The notes under the pieces were generated by a model. The model was given only the letters and a program-made list of their open reading frames with translations. It was not told the origin of the DNA and ran no database searches. A DNA stretch of 40,848 nt from a virus (Duplodnaviria > Caudoviricetes): the IMG/VR virus record IMGVR_UViG_3300025018_000262, positions 1-40,848 of that record, one strand, 5' to 3'. The translations under genes and the position numbers were made by a program. Shown here piece after piece: positions 35,259-40,848 of this stretch (within the stretch, counting starts at the first letter, position 1; every line of letters starts with the position of its first letter).

Positions 35259-35842
35259 GCCATGCGCCTATCGTCGCCGGCCATGGTCAGAACCTCGCCC
35301 CCGGCGATGCGCGACCCGACCCCGATCTCGCGCCCGTGGTGCTTGACCTCCAGCGCGGTGATCTGCTCCAGGGTCAGGCTGGTGGTGATGATCGTGCGAC
35401 GATGCCAGGCGATGCGGCCCTCGATGATCTCCAGGGCGTGGGTCAGGCCGGCGGCGGTCAGGCCGGCGGACAGGTCGTCGAGGATCAGCAGCGTCACCTT
35501 CTCGGCGACCAGCTCGTCGACCTCCTCGCGGTCGATCCAGCCCATGCGCAGGGCCAGGCGGTAGGTCACGGCCTCGGGGTGGCGGTCGCCCCATCCGGCG
35601 GCGAGGTAGGACGCGAGGCGGCAGGCCTCGGTGGTCTTGCCGACCCCCACGGATCCGATCAGGGTCAGAATGGGCAGGCGGTCGCGGTCGTCATCGTAGC
35701 CGATCGAGGCCTTGGCAGCGGCCAGGACGGCGGGGGTGGGCTTCCCGGGCATGCGGTAGGACGGCGGGACGCTCTGCCAGGGCCAACGGCGCTGGGCCTT
35801 GGCGATGCGATCGGCGAGAGGAAGTTCGGGGGTGTCGGTCAT
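35255..35842 (-). CDS. DnaC/IstB-like ATPase (helicase loader)
   Basis: GSVGVGKT, LLILDDL, TIITTSL, SRI; follows the initiator. Confidence 0.8.
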   Translation of the reverse strand: MTDTPELPLADRIAKAQRRWPWQSVPPSYRMPGKPTPAVLAAAKASIGYDDDRDRLPILTLIGSVGVGKTTEACRLASYLAAGWGDRHPEAVTYRLALRMGWIDREEVDELVAEKVTLLILDDLSAGLTAAGLTHALEIIEGRIAWHRRTIITTSLTLEQITALEVKHHGREIGVGSRIAGGEVLTMAGDDRRMA

Positions 35843-36723
35843 GGCGTCACCTGCACGGTCTTGATGCGGGCCTGGCGGTCGGCGTACTTGCTGGCGATCG
35901 CAGACGGCGCCACGGTGCGGGCTGCGGCCTCGACCTGGTCTGGCCAACGGTCCTCGGGCTTGACCTTGGCGGCAGCTGCGGCGCAGGTGTCGACCTGGCC
36001 GGCGAAGGCTCGCTCGATCAGGCCCTGCCAGGCTCGCCAGTTGTTCGGCCCGATCTTGCAGCCTGCCCGCTTGAGGGTTCGCGCCCATGGCTCTGCCCCG
36101 ATCCGGTAGCGCCAGAGGTCGGAGTCGTTGCCGGTGGGTGGCTCGGTCGGGATTGGGGTCTGGGAATCAGCCGGGAAGGGGCTGGCCGGGGTCGCGTCCG
36201 CTTCGGATATATTCTCTCCCTGTAACTCTCTCTCTCCCTCTCTCTCTCTCTGGGCATCGGTTGGCATTGCTCTTGCAGTGCTTGGGTAATGCTCGGGCAA
36301 TGCTTGGGGCATGCCTGGCGCATGCTTGTGCTTTGCCCACCGCACTGCTGCGGCATTGCTCGCCTTGTCCCTGTAGGATGACCGGCGCTCCCAGGCGCGC
36401 AGGGCGTCAGCGCACAGGACTGGGTGGTATAAGCGACCGTCAGAACAGAGGATGAAGCCGCGCAGCGCTACCTCGCGGACCTTGCTCCAGCGCTTGGAGC
36501 CGGACCAGGATGCGAGCACGCGGTCATCGTTGGGCAGCGAGCCGGGCGGCTTCTGCAGCCACGCGCGGCACCAGAGTCCGACCGCAGCCTTGAACTCGTC
36601 GCCGGTGGAGATTGCCCACAGCTCGGACTGGCGCAGCTGCTCAGTGTCGAGCATGAAGCTGGGCATGCCGTCCAAGTCGATGGCGGTGGTCGTGAGCGGT
36701 GCGGGGAGGTCGGCGGCGGTCAT
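35839..36723 (-). CDS. Replication initiator, DUF1376/YdaU-like
   Basis: EFKAAVGLWCRAWLQKPPGSLPNDDRVLA...GFILCSDGRLYHPV; ATG 36723; internal iterons. Confidence 0.75.
   Translation of the reverse strand: MTAADLPAPLTTTAIDLDGMPSFMLDTEQLRQSELWAISTGDEFKAAVGLWCRAWLQKPPGSLPNDDRVLASWSGSKRWSKVREVALRGFILCSDGRLYHPVLCADALRAWERRSSYRDKASNAAAVRWAKHKHAPGMPQALPEHYPSTARAMPTDAQREREGERELQGENISEADATPASPFPADSQTPIPTEPPTGNDSDLWRYRIGAEPWARTLKRAGCKIGPNNWRAWQGLIERAFAGQVDTCAAAAAKVKPEDRWPDQVEAAARTVAPSAIASKYADRQARIKTVQVTP
36263..36328. repeat. Six tandem degenerate 11-mers (consensus GGCAATGCTTG), candidate ori iterons
   Basis: GGCATTGCTCT TGCAGTGCTTG GGTAATGCTCG GGCAATGCTTG GGGCATGCCTG GCGCATGCTTG; further copy at 36352-36362; (CT)n tract at about 36213-36251. 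Confidence 0.7.
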
Positions 36724-37306
36724 GGGGTCTCGGTCGTGGTCGTAGGAGGGGTAAAAGCGTGGCCGGCGGTCTGGCCCTGGGCTATCTCGGCGACGATCCG
36801 CCGTCCAATCCACTGAACACACGGCAGCGCCCAGCCATTGCCGATGATCTTATAACGCGGCCCATCTTGCATCGGCTTGCCGCGATACGGGACCAATGTG
36901 TGGTCATCGGGCCATCCCTGGAGGCGCTCGCACTCGCGGGGCGTTAGGCGACGGACATCCGATGCGGTTGCGACATGCATTCCCGCGTGGGCGTTCAGTG
37001 TCGAGGCGGGAAGGCCGTCCTCGGCCTTGGTTCGGTTCGTCTTGCTGGTGATCTGCTGAACGTCGAGCGCGATGGCGGCCGTGTGCTTGGCTGACAGGGC
37101 GATGCCAACGCCCTCAGACGAGGCGCAGGCGGTTCCGCTCAGCTCGGCGGGGAAGCAGATAATCGGTGTCCCGCGCCCGGTCCCGTCCTCGCTCGCGTCC
37201 GCGCCCTCGGCCTTGAGCGCATGGGTCACATTGCCAGTTACGCACAAGGCGCCGGCCTCGAAGTCGCCTGGATTATGGCATCCCCGGTTCGCATTCAGCG
37301 CCGGGG

Positions 37307-37880
37307 CTACGTCGATTGCCCCCCCCGTGTCGTTCCCGCCGAAGACGGCGACGGCTGGGACCTTGCTGGCAGAGATAGCGCGTGATCGACCTGACTTGTC
37401 GCAGATGTAGGACCGTGACTTGCCTCGGAAGCTGTCGTCGCCGCCTCCGTCGCCAGCCTGCCAGTCGAAGGTGATTGGCTCGCCACCGCCAGCAGGGCGG
37501 CGTTGAGTTGGGCCGGTAGATCCTTCCCGCGCCCCTCGGCTCGGCGCAGAATCCCGGCGCACGCCTTCGGACTCAAATAATACCGCCTCGGGACGGAATG
37601 TTCCAGCACCTGCGACAACGAACACACGCCGGCGTCGTTGGGCCACTCGCTGATATTGGGCATCCATGACGCGCCAAGCTGCTGTGCGGCGGGGTCCAGA
37701 TACCAAACCCGCGTAGGTCCAGCTTCCGTCGTGATTAGGGATTGCGGCGCCAGCGCCCGCCAAGGCGCCGAGGAAGCAACCGAAGGCGTTGTCCTCAACG
37801 GAGAGGACGCCGGGGACGTTTTCCCACAGGATGACGAGGGGGGGGGCGTCCGTCGGCCAGTCGAATAGTGTCGATTGCAT
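37307..37880 (-). CDS. Overlapping alternate-frame ORF resembling the M.EcoHK31I beta polypeptide
   Basis: WMPNISEWPNDAGVCSLSQVLE...RYYLSPKACAGILRRA; joins ATG 37880 if the tract is C8. Confidence 0.6.
37838..37846. repeat. G9/C9 homopolymer at the methyltransferase frameshift
   Basis: GACGA-GGGGGGGGG-CGTC on the plus strand. Confidence 0.9.
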
Positions 37881-38183
37881 TGGCGATCTCGCAAAAGGTC
37901 AGGGTGAGGTTGCCGCGCAGGTCATCGAGGGAGAGGCGCTTGCCGGCGACGCTGAAGGCCTGGCAAGGAGTGCCGCCCATCAGGATGTCGGGCGCCTTGA
38001 CTTCGCGGGCGAGGATGCGCTCCGGCAGCGTAGTCATGTCGCCCAGGTTGGGGACGTGCGGCCAGTGGTGCGCGAGGACGGCGGAGGCGGCTGGATTGAT
38101 TTCAGAGAACCACGCGGCCTTGACGCCCAGCGGCAGGAAGGCGAGCGCGCAGGTGCCGGCGCCGGAACAGACGGAGCCGTAAG

Positions 38184-38402
38184 TCAGCACGCTCGGCCCC
38201 AGCGATTGAAGGCCCGCCGCACCAGGTATCCCCTGGCGATGCTGGCGACGGTGTAGATGGCGGTGATCTGGAAGTTGTCGGCGAGGCTGACCGGGTGCCC
38301 ATAGGCCGGCAGCAGCCAGGCGGTGATGACCAGCGAGACCAGGAAGCCGATGGCGATTGAGAGGCAGGTCTCGCCGAGGGAGGAGAGGCGGGACTGGCTC
38401 AC
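38184..38402 (-). CDS. Small 2-TM phage membrane protein
   Basis: SQSRLSSLGETCLSIAIGF...TVASIARGYLVRRAFN, a motif recalled from other phages. Confidence 0.7.
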   Translation of the reverse strand: MSQSRLSSLGETCLSIAIGFLVSLVITAWLLPAYGHPVSLADNFQITAIYTVASIARGYLVRRAFNRWGRAC

Positions 38403-38698
38403 GGCTTGGACCTCGCCAGCTTCGGCAGCGGAACCCACAGCAGGTGCGGCTCGTCCTGCTCCTGCCAGGGCCAGTCGCTGTCCCGTGGCTGGCCGACGTA
38501 GCTGGGCTCCTCGACGATCTCGCCGCCGGTATTCTCGACGTTCCACCAGAGGCCGGAGCCGTCGTCCTCGTGCCAGTCATCGCAGCGGCGCGGGATCTCG
38601 CCGACCTCCAACGTCTTGTCCTGCAGCTCGATCAGCGCCTCGTTGATTGTGTCCATGGCCTGGTCGTGCAGGCGGGTCAGCAGCTCGTTCTTGTTCAC
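38399..38698 (-). CDS. Hypothetical protein (acidic, Trp-rich)
   Basis: GTGA coupling at both ends. Confidence 0.55.
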   Translation of the reverse strand: MNKNELLTRLHDQAMDTINEALIELQDKTLEVGEIPRRCDDWHEDDGSGLWWNVENTGGEIVEEPSYVGQPRDSDWPWQEQDEPHLLWVPLPKLARSKP

Positions 38699-39087
38699 GC
38701 TGCCTCCGGCACGTCGAAGAACCCCAGCGCGCCGCGGAACGGGCGGAACGGCAGGGCGATGGGGTTGCGTAGTACGAAGCCGAACTTGCCGAAGAACCAA
38801 GGCGACGTGCTGGCGCTGATGCAATCGACGATCTCGACGGAGCCGATGATACCGCCGCGCTGCATGCTGTTGAAGCTGGGAGCGATCAGCTTCCCCTCGT
38901 CAGGAGCGCCGCGCCGGGCGAGGATGGCGAAGTCCATGGCCTCGTTGTACTCGTTGGGCGTCACCCCCTTGCTGGCGTGGATCAGCACGCGACCGCGGAC
39001 CTTGGTTGGCCAGTCGCGGTTTTCGATGTCTTTGCCGGCGTGGATGATGAGCCAGGCCCAGGGCTGGCGGACTGAAATGCAACGCAT
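38695..39087 (-). CDS. ASCH domain protein
   Basis: ISVRQPWAWLI..GKDIENRDW.T..RG.VLIHAS; GGIIGSVEIVDC. Confidence 0.9.
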   Translation of the reverse strand: MRCISVRQPWAWLIIHAGKDIENRDWPTKVRGRVLIHASKGVTPNEYNEAMDFAILARRGAPDEGKLIAPSFNSMQRGGIIGSVEIVDCISASTSPWFFGKFGFVLRNPIALPFRPFRGALGFFDVPEAA

Positions 39088-39232
39088 GGTTGTGGTTCCT
39101 GTAGGTGGTGAGCGACCAGCCCCGGCGCTTCCCCGGACGCGGTGTTTGCCGGGCGTCCCCGGCAGGCCTGCGGCTCGATGTCACGTCTGGCCGCTCCCTG
39201 GCCGTCGACCGTGGGCGTCGGCGGCGGAGCGG

Positions 39233-39832
39233 TCAGTCGGAAACTGTCCAGTCTTCGGCGAGCATGTCGGCCTGGGACGCCAGCCAGCCCGGTTGCCACT
39301 TCTGCTGGGCGGTCCACATGGCGATGTAGGGCTGGCAATCGAGGGGCTTGTCCTCGCCGATCCACTTGGCGGTGCGGTCGTTGACCTTCCGCTCGGTGCC
39401 CTGGGTATTGAACGGCGGCAGGTACAGGGCCGGCATCAGCACCAGCCACATGCCCTTGCCGTTCCAGCCGGCGCGGCTGACCTTCTTGCCAGCCTTCAGC
39501 GCCTGGATGGCGGCGCCGAAGGTCAGGGCGGTGTTGACCGGGATCTGCTCGCTGGCCGCGGCCGGCGCGTCCGGGTGCCGCTGCCCGGCGGTCTGGATTT
39601 GGTAGGGCATCCAGTGCCAGGTGCCGGGCGTGGCCTTCTCGTTGGTCTCCGGTCCGGCGTGGGTGACGCTGGTACGGATGCCGGCGCTCGCGTCGCTGCT
39701 GTCCTTGCCGAAGACGTGGAGGTTGACGCAGAACGGCGACCAGACGTGCGTGACGATGGCCGGGCGGTCTTCGCCATCAGTGCCGCAGAACAGGACGACG
39801 CGACCGATGGTCGGGATGGGTGGGGCGCTCAT
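39233..39832 (-). CDS. DUF2829 (Tad2-like) domain fused to an extra N-terminal domain
   Basis: FGAAIQALKAGKKVSRAGWNGKGMWL...PGWLASQADMLAEDW; N-domain PTIGRVV...PAIVT..W....VNL.VF...PGTWHW. Confidence 0.8.
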   Translation of the reverse strand: MSAPPIPTIGRVVLFCGTDGEDRPAIVTHVWSPFCVNLHVFGKDSSDASAGIRTSVTHAGPETNEKATPGTWHWMPYQIQTAGQRHPDAPAAASEQIPVNTALTFGAAIQALKAGKKVSRAGWNGKGMWLVLMPALYLPPFNTQGTERKVNDRTAKWIGEDKPLDCQPYIAMWTAQQKWQPGWLASQADMLAEDWTVSD

Positions 39833-39833
39833 G

Positions 39834-40697
39834 TCAGACCCCCCGCTTGAAGGCGTCGGAGTCGTGCGCGCCGAGGGCCGGCGCGATGCCGGTCTCGTCC
39901 TTCACCTTGGCCACGATCCCATCGAGCGCGGTCTCGGTGATCCACTCCAGGTGCAGGGCCTTGAAGTGCAGTTTGAGCGCGGCGCCCTGGCTGCGGTCGA
40001 TGCGGTAGCGCAGGCGGCAGTCGACCGGGTAGCGGCTGCATCCCATGAAGGGGCGCAGGCCGACCTGGAAGGTGGTTGGGATGGCCTCCTCCTTCCCGTT
40101 CACGGTGCCGTTGATCGTCTCGTCGAACGCCAGCTGGATCTGGCCGTTGGCCTGGTTGGTCGCCTGCCGGAAGGTGGCGCCGACCGTGGCGTGCAGGCCG
40201 GAGGCGACGCGCAGCATCGTCTCGGGATCGGGCTGCAGCAGGTCCTTGGCGTTGTCCTCGATGAACTCGGCGAAGGACTGCTGGCCCATGGCCTTCTCGT
40301 TGTGCTCGGCCCACTCCTTCCACTCGGGCGAGCGCACCAGGGCGAGGCGCGCCAGGTGGTCGCCGTGCTTGGGCTTCGCGTCCGAGCCGCCGCCGTCGTC
40401 GTGGTAGTCAATGACGGCGACGAACTGGCCGGCGTCGGTGTAGAAGATGCGGGTGGCCGCGACCTTGAACTGGTTGACGTAGGCGATGAAGGCGCCGGCG
40501 TCGTTGAACAGCGGGGCCGCGGTCAGGAAGCGCGGGACCGGGAGCTTGTCGGGCGTCAGGTCGGCGAGCTTTGCACCGGGCAGGACGATCTGGCGCCTGA
40601 AGCCGTCGATCTGCGGCAGGAGGACGGTCTGGTCCTTTCCGGCCTGGATCGCCGCGGCGATGTCGGAGGGGTGGTTGATGGTGATGGGGTCGGCCAT
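39834..40697 (-). CDS. DUF2303 / YfdQ family protein
   Basis: FIAYVNQF, AVIDYH, SPEWKEW, QQSFAEFIEDN, IP..F....PF.G, RLRYRI. Confidence 0.85.
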   Translation of the reverse strand: MADPITINHPSDIAAAIQAGKDQTVLLPQIDGFRRQIVLPGAKLADLTPDKLPVPRFLTAAPLFNDAGAFIAYVNQFKVAATRIFYTDAGQFVAVIDYHDDGGGSDAKPKHGDHLARLALVRSPEWKEWAEHNEKAMGQQSFAEFIEDNAKDLLQPDPETMLRVASGLHATVGATFRQATNQANGQIQLAFDETINGTVNGKEEAIPTTFQVGLRPFMGCSRYPVDCRLRYRIDRSQGAALKLHFKALHLEWITETALDGIVAKVKDETGIAPALGAHDSDAFKRGV

Positions 40698-40715
40698 GGT
40701 TCAGTCCTTCTTGAC

Positions 40716-40848
40716 GGGGGCAGGGGTGGGGGCGTCGGCGACCGGGGCGGGCGACGGCGCCTTGGCGACGGGGAAGCGGCCGGACGGGCTGGCCTGGGCG
40801 GCGCCCTCGATCGGCGCGGGCTTGACCTGCAGCGGCGCCTCGTCGCGC
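40716..40848 (+). repeat. Terminal direct repeat copy 2
   Basis: Matches 1-133 with one mismatch. Confidence 0.95.

Larger units (their letters stand above)
36720..38190 (-). pseudogene. C5-cytosine DNA methyltransferase, frameshifted at a C9 tract (N-part 37795-38190, C-part 36720-37880)
   Basis: SVCSGAG, SEI, GD, GGTPCQAFS in one frame; WENVPG, QRRRRVF, RRLTPRECERLQG, IGNG in another; the frames meet at G9 37838-37846. Confidence 0.85.
1..40848. mobile_element. Complete circular temperate phage genome (BPP-1/T7-like podovirus virion module, lambdoid control and replication, serine integrase)
   Basis: Terminal overlap, TerL, portal, capsid, tail tube and ejection genes, CI/Cro switch, integrase; no host housekeeping genes. 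Confidence 0.95.

Noticed and set aside
36213-36251. (CT)n tract as a phase-variation site
   Set aside because: Tract is interrupted and the initiator frame is intact; better explained as part of the origin

Overview
The window is an essentially complete, circularly permuted temperate phage genome of about 40.7 kb and high GC. Positions 1-133 repeat at 40716-40848 with one mismatch. Almost all genes lie on the minus strand: Cro, small early genes, RecT, a Cas4-like nuclease, RusA, DUF2303, a DUF2829/Tad2-like fusion, ASCH, a C5 DNA methyltransferase, a DUF1376-type initiator with a DnaC-like loader, TerL, GNAT and membrane genes, then a BPP-1/T7-like podovirus virion module ending in a beta-helix tailspike. 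A short plus-strand block holds CI, two envelope proteins, a large serine integrase and, unusually, TerS. Highlights: (1) a methyltransferase locus where one C9 tract controls two overlapping reading frames; (2) a candidate attP inside the integrase 3' end carrying a tRNA-like 3' end and a terminator; (3) TerS separated from TerL and placed next to attP; (4) a 25-bp motif starting at three TAG stops that looks like an activator-dependent late promoter; (5) a probable lysis region with a lipoprotein plus 3-TM protein and no recognisable endolysin. All family calls come from motif recognition by eye; no database searches were run.
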